Program-made: the position numbers and the translations under genes | The notes under the pieces: generated by a model | Told to the model about the DNA's origin: nothing | Database searches by the model: none | What the model saw: the letters and a program-made list of their open reading frames with translations, nothing else | Shown: positions 52,912 through 64,000 of the stretch, piece by piece | Numbering within the stretch: the stretch's first letter is position 1 | How the letters are laid out: each line of letters begins with the position of its first letter | Source of the DNA: Octopus sinensis | Lineage: Eukaryota | Assembly (NCBI RefSeq): GCF_006345805.1 | Contig: NC_043001.1 | Span: 45,384,001-45,448,000, forward strand | Reading direction: 5' to 3' | DNA: 64,000 bases

Positions 52912-53532
52912 TTTGGCACAAGGCCAGCAAGTTCGGGGGAGGAGGCAAGCCAATTACATAAATCCCAGTACTTTATTTTATCAACCCCCAAAAGGATGAA
53001 AAGCAAAGTCAACCTTTGTAGGATTTGAACTCCAAACATAAAGAGCCAGAACAATTGCTACAAGACATTTTATCTGATGCTCTAATGATTCTGTCAATCT
53101 ACTACCCCCATTATAATAATTTCTACTTTAGGCACATGACCAAAAATTTTTAAAAAAGGAAGTAATTGATTACATTGACACCCAGTACTTGACTGGTACT
53201 TTTTATTTACTTCTAGAGGGATGAAAGTCAAAGTTGACCTTGGTAGGATTTGAAATCAGAATGTAAAGAACTGGAGCAAATACTACAAAGTATTTCATTC
53301 AATACTCTAACAATTCTGTTAATCCACTGCCACTTAGTTGATCTCATCAAGATTTAAACTCAGAATGTATGGAATTATAGCTAAATAGCACAAGGCTTTT
53401 ATCCAATGCTCTTACCATGCCCTACATCTCAAAATGGTGTGGTATACTATGCTGGGACTCTCTACTAACAACACAATGACAAGTTACAGAGGACTTACAG
53501 AACACTTGCAAATACACTATACATTATTTTTA

Positions 53533-53733
53533 ATATTATCATCAAAAGCATCATAATCATCATCATTATTATTATTATTATCATTATTATTATCATTATT
53601 ATTATTATTATCATTATTATTATCATTATTATTATTATTATTATCATTATTATTATCATCATTATTATTATTATTATCATTATTATTATTATCATTATTA
53701 TTATCATTATTATTATTATTATTATTATTATTG
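53533..53733. repeat. Compound (ATT/ATC)n trinucleotide tract, about 200 bp
   Basis: Seen directly. Confidence 0.95.
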
Positions 53734-54769
53734 TGGCACAAGCAAATCCACCACCCTCATAATAATGAGGAGAAAGATGATTTTTTTAGCACTGGCAAAA
53801 GGCCAGAAATTTTGATAGAGCAAGCACACTCATTTTAATTAAGACCATTACATAACTTATTATTTCATCATTCCAGAAGGTATAAAAATTTAACTCAATC
53901 TTACCACATTCTGCATTCAAAATGCAAAGGAAAATAACAGTAGGTTGCAACTGAGATAGAGTTAGCTGCTATTTCTAGCAAATCATGCAATAACATAGTG
54001 GGGTGGAGGTTGTATAGTTCATCATGCAGATGTATCTAAGACAAGAAGTATGGAAGAAATCATAAAGCAAAACAAACACAACCAGAAGGCGGGCATCAAC
54101 CTCAGAAGTGATGAATATAGCTCTATTGGGAGGAATTTTATCAACTAAGAAAAGAAAAAAAGTAATCAAAAAGTAGACAGCAGGTAGCAGCACCAACCAT
54201 CTTCTGGACTATTAACCAACTTTCTATTTATTGTTTGTGTTTCTACCTACTACAATATTTTTATAACTATTCTACTAAACAACTTCAATTGTTACATAAT
54301 GTATGTTTTTTTTTCCTTCAGCTACTACAAAAGTCTGGTGAAAATTACTGTATCTAAACTCCTGGATATTAGCTTGAAACCAGGGAACAGAAATAACCAC
54401 AGATATAAAATGTGTGTGTTTGTGAGAGAGAGAGAAAGAGAGAGTATCTACATCATAATAAAAATTAAAACACTAGTTTTACACTATTATTACTCTTGAG
54501 TTTTACCTTATCAGTTTTACACAATTCATAGCAAAATGTAATGAGGCAAAAACCTGAAGTATCAACGAAATATAATTCCAGTTTTTAATTGTTGTTATGA
54601 ACATGAATGTTCAGCAGTTCAATCAACTCAACTACAAAGACTCATTGAATTTGGTTTAAGTGGCTGAGTACTCCACATGCACTACACATGTCTGTGGAAT
54701 ACTTGGCCACTTACTATGGGTGTTATCTATACCAACGTCTGGCAACTAACTTGGTAAACACCAACAAAA

Positions 54770-55175
54770 TTATGAACTATCATGCCAACAACTACCTTGA
54801 GCACCTTTTTGAGTTCCATGTGTCTAATATACATGGGCATGCCTTACAAAGTCAGAAAACAGCACAGCTCCCATGACTTTCAGAAACATTTTTTCACATT
54901 CAGGAGTTGCTGAAGATGGAACAAACTACCTGCATCAGTTGTTAGTTGCCGAAACATTGCATCCTTTAAAACCTCCATGCTTCCTGAAATTCGCAAACAC
55001 TACACCTGATATCACCCCTTCATACACATGTACACATGTATATCATGACTCTTACACTGTTCACTTTCCTGACTTTTGTACATAATTCTATGCACTATAC
55101 ATGCACCTTTGATGAGTTGTAGTGCACCTGAGGACTATACACAATAACACAATAATTTCGTTATTATTGTACAGG
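54770..55175 (+). mobile_element. CR1-clade LINE 3' end
   Basis: Reconstructed GHAYKVRKQHSSHDFQKHFFT-RVAE-WNKLPASVVSCRNIASFKTSMLPEIRKHYT* matches the CR1 RGH...FF-RV---WN-LP--VV-----FK motif. Its 3' tail also occurs inverted near 8980-9015. Confidence 0.8.
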
Positions 55176-55189
55176 AAGGAGACCAGAAT

Positions 55190-56469
55190 CTGAAAACTAA
55201 GATTCTGTTAAATTTGTAAAATTTTAATTATGAAAGCGTTTCAAGGGAATCAAGTATTTTCAAGATGACAATGTTTTTCTTAGGATGTGGTTACCTGGTA
55301 TTTGGTTATAGTGTTTAAGAGCATTACTTGGTATCATCCAAAAGCTCTGATCACAGGTTGTTCTTAGATGTCACATTTTTGAGACCTCTTATTTCAAGGT
55401 CCTTATATTTATTTGACTTCTCAGATGCCTTTACAGAAGTGTTGCAGTCAGCTCAGATTGATATATCTATAAGCAGATATATATCAATGTGATTTTTTTC
55501 CCATAATGCTTCATCTATTGGCCTGTACAGCACAATCAGTTTAGATACTGAGATCCCAAAGAATGGTAATATTTTTATTTTCTACTACTTTGGCAGGCTT
55601 ATGTTCCCACCAGTTTTTTTCATATGGGAGTCCAGACTTATAGCATGTAGTGTAGTGCAAATACTGGCCAAGTCCTACCATGGTAATTAATATATTTATT
55701 TGAGACAAGCTTAGAGCATACAGAAATGAGATAGTTGTTTTTGTGGCTGCATCACAAAAGCAGCAAATAGCATCAGCACCATTTTTAAGAATGCTTGCTT
55801 GGTAGTTTCTGGTGGGTACATAGTAATCTTGAGCTGCTATAATGAGACACTCTGTTTCCGATTTAAGTCCGGATGTAGCCAACAATTGATAAGTCATATT
55901 TGTATCCACATCAGGATTCCTGGCCCTTGTAGAGTATTTGCCAAACAATGCCTTCCTTTTTCACGTATTTTGCAGCACTGAAATTCCATTTTATTTCACT
56001 TTTGTGGTTTTATCTGTTTTACTATTACAGTGGATTCATCTGTTTTACCTAGTTGTGTGTCAGTCTCATTCATTTTTAATTCCTCTACATACTTCTTTGT
56101 GTCAAACATTGAGTATATTATTTTTGGAACTTTCATGTTTTTCAACAAGTTTAAACATCTAGTCATTGATGTTCTTAAGATAGTCTTCTACCCCCATATT
56201 TGCTGTCTTTGAAGACAGTAGCAGCTGCATCAGTCCACATCCTCCATCCTTTCGTAGGATATATAGTCAATTTACATCTGCTTTAGGGTATGCATATGAT
56301 GCATTGTGAGGTGCTTGTGTATTGTTGTATCATTTTATTGATTTTTGTTGAACCATTTTATGATGTTAAAGCTGTAGTCACAACAGGTATAGCTAAGTTA
56401 TAGGTTGCATCAATCTTGTTTTTTGCATTAAATTTGCTCTTTAGGATAGCTCTAACTCTACAATAACAT
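55190..56469 (-). mobile_element. 5'-truncated R4/Dong-clade LINE with restriction-like endonuclease region
   Basis: Minus-strand RVRAILKSKFNAKNKIDA, HxKADVxxLYILRKDGGCGL, GLKSETECLIIAAQD..VPTRNYQ, CCFC knuckle, VVENKNITILWD and KYKDLEI. Degenerate. Confidence 0.85.
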
Positions 56470-58852
56470 TATTATTATTATTACATTTTCCATGGGAACC
56501 CTAAGTGAAGGGGACTTTACAAACACAAGTTACACAAGGTGTGTGGGTTTACATAGAAATCAGATGAGGTAAGGGGAAAAAAATCAAATGAGATTAGGAA
56601 AAAGTATACATAGAATACAAGGAGGAAAAGAAGCATGTAACTAATTAAGATCTTATATTTAGCATTCTAAAGTAGTAGTAGCAGTAGTAGTATATAGCTT
56701 TGAGAAAATAATTATAAAACTTTACTCCTACTCCCTTTAGAATCTCATGAGGTTTACAGAGTAATACAACAGAAAATACTTAGGTGGGTGAATTGAGTAC
56801 TTGTCCATAAACATACTCTTGGAAACAAAATAGTGAAAATAAACACTATGAATAACCCCAATGCTGACATACAAGCTTCAGCATCATTAACTAGGAAACA
56901 AGGGAGGTGGATGGTTGTAGTAAAAGAACTGAAACTGGATCTCATGACTAGGGAACTCATTATCACAAAGGAAAGTGCTCCATCTGCTATTTATAAATAT
57001 GAATTTAGTCAATAATAGACTAAGAAAAAAGTAGAAATGAATTATAAATTGCATCTAATGGGATTGGTATATAACATAAATAAAGTAAAAGAATCTTGTA
57101 GAAATAGCTTATAGCAAAAGAGAAAATGAAAATATATAAAGAAAAAAGAAGGTATATTATTTAGAGAAGTTGCAAGATTTATTTCACTATTTTGCTTTTG
57201 TGTATCATGTCTTGTGTACATAGACAAAACAAAAACCAGCACACATGAGCATGTGCATATATATGGGTATCCACATACACACATATAAATTTAAAATAAA
57301 GTATATGCATATCTTATTTGAATTTATTTCTCACATATATTCACAAATTTATACATGTACATGCAGCAACAGTTCTTTGATACAGTAATGTGGAGATAAA
57401 ATGATTTCCAAATTAGGTACAACCCTGAGGAAGGGATGTAGTTGGTTCATTAAATCAACTTCGCTGGTAATTATTTCATTGCCCTAAGAATGATGAAAGA
57501 CAAAGTTGACTTTGGTAGAATTTGAACTCACAACATAATGATGTGCATTTAAAAACTGCCAAGTGTTTTGTTTGGTGTTTTATTAATTCAGCCAATTCAC
57601 CAAATATTTAAGAATGAAAAGACATCCCACTTTAAAATACTGAGATGCTTTTTATATTCCTAACTACAATGTGATATGTCATAAGACAAAAGGCACAGAT
57701 ATAATAACAACCATGGTGATGAGGGGTTTTTTTTTTTTTTAAGGATCAAGATAAATTTTAAGGAAAAGCTACTATATAAGCCCTTTGTATGATAAAGTCA
57801 TCATCATTACCATCATCATTTTATGACCACTTTTTTTATGTTGGGAAGAGTTGGATAGATTGTCAAAGACCAAGTAGTTCTTATTCAAAGTTACTCTCCT
57901 CTTAGATGGATCAGAGACTACATCTGATTTATACATTGCCTCACATAAGTGTGATAAACAACGTCAACTGTTTGAACTTTTGTGATTACTAGTGATTATA
58001 GGAATTATTCTGATACTAGATATCAGGCCTAAGGGCTTGCAACAAAACACATTGTACTAAAGACAATAAATGGTTAAATGGTAATGATTAACTGGTCAAC
58101 AGATTTCTTCAGAAAACAAGCCTGTGTTTGTACATGATCATAATACCTAAATAAAAATAAGACATTTACAATATGAGACCAAGTTGTATAATTGCTGTCT
58201 GTAAATAACAAAATATAATTACCTGAGTTCAGTAAATTTTTCTCAAATGTAGCATCCTCTTCAGTTTCTAGACATCATTATGTAATAGACCTAGCTGGTA
58301 CTCCTAAAATTTTATAGTGCAATTCAAAATTCCCTTCCTTTGTAAATCTTCCTGCTCTGGTTTTGCTGCAGTAAAAAAAAATGAAAAAATTTTATTATCT
58401 ATGTTAAACTTTAAAAAATTTTATTATTCATGTTAAGCTATAAAAACTATATTTTCATATCGCATTGGAGAATTAATTGGTAATATAATTGAAAAGAAAA
58501 ATATTAACAAACTAGTAGAAATTCAAGTCAAATTTTCTCAATGTTCTGAGCTCAAATGTGGCTTGGAATGGCAGTTCTCCTTAATTATCAATATATAATA
58601 TAATACACTATATGTCTTTCTATATATACTTTTTTGTTGTGAGTAACACTTTAGCATTTGAAGCCTTTGAATTTATTCCACTTTATGACATTTACTTTCT
58701 AAATCATTCAACATGAGCTGAAGTCATCCTGTTTATTTTTTGTATTTGTCTCATAATGTTTAATGAAATAGTTTGAGGTTTTCTAAATTAACCAAGTGTT
58801 TCTACCTTCTTACTGCAACAGCATCTCTATTTAGTTGGTCTGCTTTGTATAC

Positions 58853-59262
58853 TCTTACTCTTTTACTCTTTTGCTTGTTTCAGTCATTTGACTGCGGCCA
58901 TGCTGGAGCACCGCCTTTAATCGAGCAACTCGACTCCGGGACTTATTCTTTTTGTAAGCCCAGTACTTATCCTATCGGTCTCTTTTGCCGAACCGCTAAG
59001 TAACGGGGACATAAACACACCAGCATCGGTTGTCAAGCAATGCTAGGGGAACCAACACAGACACACAAACACACACACACATATATATATACATATATAC
59101 GACAGGCTTCTTTCAGTTTCCGTCTACCAAATCCACTCACAAGGCTTTGGTCGGCCCGGGGCTATAGCAGAAGGCACTTGCCCAAGATGCCACGCAGTGG
59201 GACTGAACCCGGAACCATGTGGTTGGTTAGCAAGCTACTTACCACACAGCCACTCCTGCGCC
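58853..59262 (-). mobile_element. Well-preserved tRNA-derived SINE family 'A'
   Basis: Head GGCGCAGGAGTGGCTGTGTGGTAAG, central CA/TA microsatellite, (GAGTAAAA)-type tail and many intact CpGs. Confidence 0.92.
59199..59252 (-). promoter_or_regulatory. RNA polymerase III type-2 internal promoter of the SINE
   Basis: A-box-like TGGCTGTGTGG (59242-59252) and B-box-like GGTTCAGTCCC (59199-59209). Confidence 0.6.
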
Positions 59263-59479
59263 TATGAAAGTTCATTCATTCTGCTTTCTTAATGCTTAAC
59301 TAATGGCTTAATATTTATAAATTATGGCTTAATATTTATAAATTATGACAATTTGATGTATATTGCAACAACCAGAATGGTTCTTTTGAGCTAAGTTGCT
59401 GTCATAGAACAATGACATCTAAGTTTGATTTGATTCCCCCACTCCCCACTAAGACCAATAAAAATCTTTCTCTAAATTT

Positions 59480-60130
59480 TCAAACGTCTCTACTTAATTA
59501 CTGGAGTTGTTGTGTATTTTTTTTTTATTCAGAAATTCATTCTGCTATCTTCATTGGTTTGCCAGATGATTTGCCAAGCATTGCAACAGTCATAAGAAAT
59601 TTCAATGCCTCTTTAGTTTGCAGTCTACTGCAGTATCTGTAGACAAAGCTGTGAAATGAGCTGATCTGGATATGTTTAGAACACTTTGAAATTACAGATT
59701 AAAAATTCAGACAGTCAAGGTGTGTTAGTACCTCCCCTTATCTATACAGGAAATATTGTTCTTCATGAATTTCTGCAGTGAATCATACCTTTGAGAGTGA
59801 TGAATATAATTTTCTTATTTTCCTGTTTATTTTGGTATTTTTATTTACTTCCTCATCCCCTAATTATCAACTTTCAGCAGGTAACTTTTTCAACAATAAC
59901 TGTCATTATTGATGGCTCAGATACTCTTGTATATTAATAATATTTTTTCTTCTACAAAAATTAAGTTTGTCCATACCATTATCATCATTTGAATTACTTT
60001 TTTTTCTCTTTTTCTTTTTCATGGTGAAAATATTAATGTTCTCAATTGTGTTCAATACCAGCATCATAATAAACTGTAATACTGGTTTTAATAGTGGCAC
60101 TACATTGGTTATGATATCAAGGGCTCCAGT
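59480..60130 (-). mobile_element. Possible decayed piggyBac-like transposase remnant
   Basis: Broken peptides DCCNAWQII, SLQKFMKN and DDNGMDKL loosely resemble PGBD motifs. No TIRs found. Confidence 0.25.
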
Positions 60131-60166
60131 TGATCCAATCAACAAAACACCCCGCTCATGAAATTA

Positions 60167-60490
60167 CTGTATTTGATGGCCTATTAGACGCACCCTAGCA
60201 TAAGCTATACTTTTGTAAAATAAATTACCACTAAAATAATGCTTTAATTCCTCCACTTACCTGTATAACTTTATGTTATTACCAGTAATTATAAGCAATT
60301 TATTGCATCCACATTCAATGTAAACATACCATAGGCAACTGTTCACCAACAGATGGCAGCACATGTTTTGTAAACATACATACCACTTTGAGCGAGTTTT
60401 GAACCTACATTGTGTGTATTGGATGCAGGGGGATTTTTAAAGCCATTTTTTAGTAAAAAAAAGGTGCGTCTTATAGGCCATTAAATATGG
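60167..60490. mobile_element. Tc1/pogo-type MITE (324 bp)
   Basis: TA|CTGTATTTGATGGCCTATTAGACGCACC versus the reverse complement CCATATTTAATGGCCTATAAGACGCACC: 28 bp, 4 mismatches. The right flank is TG. Confidence 0.75.
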
Positions 60491-60504
60491 TGACATGTAA
60501 GTGG

Positions 60505-60695
60505 CATATCCTTAACATAGTTCTCAGGGAGATTCAGCACAACACAGAATTACAGGTACAACTCATTTTTGCCAGCTGAGTGGACTGGAGCAACGTGAAG
60601 AAAAGTGCCTTGCTCAAAGACACAAAGCACTGCCAGTACTCGAATTCACAACCTTATGATTGTGAACTGATTACCTTAACCACTAAGTCACACAA
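60505..60695 (-). mobile_element. tRNA-derived SINE related to the 52606 copy
   Basis: The reverse complement has GACTTAGTGGTTAAGG...GAATTCGAG and TTCACGTTGCTCCAGTCCACTCAGCTGGCAAAAATGAG. Confidence 0.7.
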
Positions 60696-62724
60696 TGTTC
60701 TTAAAGATAAGTTTGAATACCAGTGTTAGATGTAAAGAGAGATTGCAAAAAATCAGGACAGCACATTGACATTAATAGTAATGATTCCTTCAAAAACTGA
60801 TTCTAGCATCCACTTGGCATAAAAACCAAAGTTGAATTCACCAACTAGGAATTGAAACCACTGTACACTGAGTGAAACTATCTGCTATGGATGTTATCAG
60901 TGCCCTTGGTAAAATATGAATAGTTTTATGTACTTTGTATCATTAATTTTTTTAGTAACTGTACCTCTAAACCAGGTACAGAGAAGATTAGGAAAGTTCT
61001 TGCACAAGGACAACATGTAAGTTTGTAAAACATTTATTCTGTAGTGGTGCCCTAACATGACTACAGCCAGTTGTCTGCAATTAGTAAAAAAGGATGAAAT
61101 TTGTACATTGAAAGAAATGTGACAATTCCAAGTATTACAATGCAAACCACATAACTAACCACTGCATAGAATGAATATAAGGCGAGGTTTTCTAGACTGA
61201 GAAATTGAGATAAACAGAGTATTGAAATGCTGGCTTGCTATGCACACTCAAATGGTCATCTGTGTACCATTAGTCTACTTTAATAGTTAGGCTTGAGTAG
61301 GCAAGAGCTACTCACTATGAACTAGGTCTGGCATTATTTGCTTGCTACCAATGTGACTTAAATTTTAAGTATAGTGAGGGGATGTATAAATTACATATGT
61401 AAAAGATTTATGAGTTCTAAATGTAGTTTTATGAGCCTGTAACTTGCTACAAATTTCATGCTGAATACAGTAAAAGCAAAAGTATATTTGACAACAAATC
61501 ACAAGATACTTAGTTCAAATATAACTTTCCTGGTTACTAGTGTTTTAAACCCAAGTCAACTTTGATTGAGTTGACCAATGATGAAAAGTATTCTAGATTT
61601 GGCTATTTATTCTTTTTCTTCAGGCATAGTGTTTCTTGGACTACATTTCCAACATATACTTTTTTTAAGAAAGAAGGATGCTATTTGAAGGAGATTTTGC
61701 TGTTATTTCTAGCAGGTTAAGAAACTAGATAAAATTTTTCCTGTTAGCTCTTCTGATCTTTCAAATAGATGATTATAAAGCACTGGAGAAAGATAGATAC
61801 AATGCCAAGGTTTGAGTCACTTAGCAACAATTTGATGAGATTCTTTCTCAGTGGAAATCATACCAGGTTAAACAATTATTAGTAAACAAGAATGATGAGA
61901 TGTTTACAATATGAAGCTTTTCTACTAAATGTCTGACCTGGGATAAAGGTTAGATATTTGGCTCAGATAATATGAAGATCAGCTACTGATTATGACCACC
62001 AACGAGAATGGAGAGTCAGTAGATGGTAGATTCTATTAGAATAGAGCTCATACTTTCAATTTACCAAGTGTCAGATTCTGGTGAAACAATTTAAAGGAAG
62101 GACAAAATAGAGCGATTTATCAAACATTTCCCTTTACGTTCTGACTTTCATCCAACTTGAATTCATTACAGAGAACATATTCTTGAAACTCTGCCAAATA
62201 GTATATTTTCTCAATAAATCTTTGATTTCTCAAACATTTTCCGCATTAATAGAAAACTTAATGAATTAGCATTTAGAACTGAAAACTATATTTAAAATTT
62301 TTCTCTCTTTTCCTAATATTTCCTATTATTTCTAACTTCAGTTTGTTTTCTCATGCTGTGATTAGCATCCTTCTACATATATGGAATTATCAAGTGTAAG
62401 ATACTTTGACTCAGAAAGTGAGACCATTTAGACTAATTAAATACACACACTTGCATACACGTGTGCACCTCATTACATTTGGCTGCCTGGAATTAATTAA
62501 GGTGTGGTTGAAGTGCCATAAAAATGATGACTTACTCCTTAAAAACTTGTGCTTTATGAGGAAATACCTACCATAAGGCTTTGAGACATTACAAATTTAA
62601 ATTTACAAACAATTTGCAAAATAACAAGTTGTGAAAAATAAAATATATTTTCTATAAAAATCTGCTCTATTAAATAGTGTTATGAAGAATATTTGGTTGT
62701 AGCCTCAAACAAATTCAGCAATAC

Positions 62725-62890
62725 TAGCCTAGCTGTGTGGTAAGAAGCTTGCTTCCCAACCATATAGTTCTGGGTTCAGTACCACTGCATGGCATCATGG
62801 GCAAGTATCTTCTACTATAGCCTCAGTCCGACCAAAGCCTTGTGAATGGATTTGGTAGACGGAAATTGAAAGAAGCCCATCATATGTGTA

Positions 62891-62935
<45 letters not shown>

Positions 62936-63125
62936 TATATATTTATATCTGTGTCTGTCCCTCCCTATCTCATCATTGGTTGATATCCAATGCTGGTGTG
63001 TTTATGTCCCCATAACTTAGTGATTTGGCAAAAGAGACCATTTGAATAAGTACTAAGTTTACAAAGAATAAGTCCTGAAGTTGATTTCTTTGACTAAAAA
63101 ACCCTTTAAGGCAATGCTCCAGCAC
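62725..63125 (+). mobile_element. SINE family 'A' with internal (TG)/(TA) microsatellite
   Basis: Collinear with the reverse complement of 58853-59262. Confidence 0.85.
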
Positions 63126-64000
63126 TAAATTTAATCCTTTAACTGCAAAATTAAACTTCATGGTTATTCCAGTAAGGATGTTAAATATCTACCAAAAGAA
63201 TACCATTGGACTTTTCTACAAGTTACATTCCCCCATTAAATTTGACAATCTCAACAAAAAATAGTTTCAAACATGACATTCCTCAACAAAAGATTGCAGT
63301 TATGAAAAATGAAATTTTGAGTAGATATATCTGATTTCTACAATAAAAAGGTTAAAACCATAGATATGTTAGACTTGCTAGGATTCAGTAAATTTCACCA
63401 TTTAAATGTACTTAATCCAAGCACATTTTGTTATATGTAATATAACTGCAGTCATGACTGTATTAGAAGGGTTTATTTTTATATTTGCAATTAAATCGTC
63501 TTGGGTCTGGTCGCATTATGTGACACTTTGGGCTAGTGTCTTTTACTGTAACCTTGTGAGTTAAAGTTGATAGAAACAGTGAATGTTCTTGGCAAGCACA
63601 TTCCTACATTAGGGTGGTAGGTTTAAATCCACCTCTCCTTTTAATACCAAAACCTGTTCTTAGATTTCTTAAGTGGAGGCCACTCTGTTACAGGCATTCA
63701 GGCTATTTCTCCAGTCTGTGAATAAATTTGTTTTCCTTCCTCCTACTAGTTCCAGAAGAATTGGAAAGAATCATAGGTTCTGCTTCTCCTTTTAATAGCT
63801 ATAAAAAATATATATATAAATATATCTGATTTATTGGAAGAGAGATGTAGTTGATTAAGTGAACAGGTAGTGGGTGAAAGGTGAGAGAGAAGGAAAGTGA
63901 CTGCTTGGTTGTGTGGCTGGGGTGCAGTGTCCACATAGACAACAGGTTAGGAACAATCTTGTAAGAAGGAAAAGTGGTACATTTCTTCTAACCCATTATT

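Noticed and set aside
54905-54965. Hammerhead-like CTGAAGA...CCGAAAC motif
   Set aside because: It lies inside the CR1 coding remnant (VAE-WNKLPASVVSCRNI), so the motif is explained by codons. It also lacks a proper NUH site and stem I.
58214-58368. Minus-strand segment with a strong acceptor and a CAG|gtaatt donor
   Set aside because: All three frames contain stops. It could only be non-coding, and nothing else supports it.
59906-60145. 79-aa minus-strand ORF with a basic cluster
   Set aside because: It has no convincing splice sites or domain, and is more likely chance or part of a decayed transposase.

Overview
This is AT-rich eukaryotic DNA, dense in microsatellites and almost entirely non-coding. 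The SINE/LINE families and repeat style look like an octopod cephalopod (Octopus sp.); that is inference, not a database match. Most of the window is a transposable-element mosaic. DNA elements: a near-complete IR/DR-type Tc1 (DD34E) element with 203-bp TIRs (17980-19566), a DD37D/maT mariner and a non-autonomous Helitron nested inside one SINE (46170-48300), and piggyBac-, hAT- and pogo/Tc1-type MITEs. Retroelements: RTE, CR1, R4/Dong and Penelope-like remnants, plus many tRNA-derived SINEs. Only one host exon is reasonably supported (1861-2010, minus strand, 150 nt, phase 1-1, Ser/Thr-rich), so much of the window is probably intron. A few other exon candidates are weak. I found no rRNA, true tRNA, CRISPR array or intact protein-coding gene, and I cannot support a new biological system here. 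The items most worth following up are the reconstructable Tc1, the nested SINE/Helitron/mariner stack, a ~233-bp inverted duplication that could form intronic dsRNA, and a decayed 48-bp repeat with a coding-like frame. All identity counts were made by eye, and boundaries of degenerate elements are approximate.
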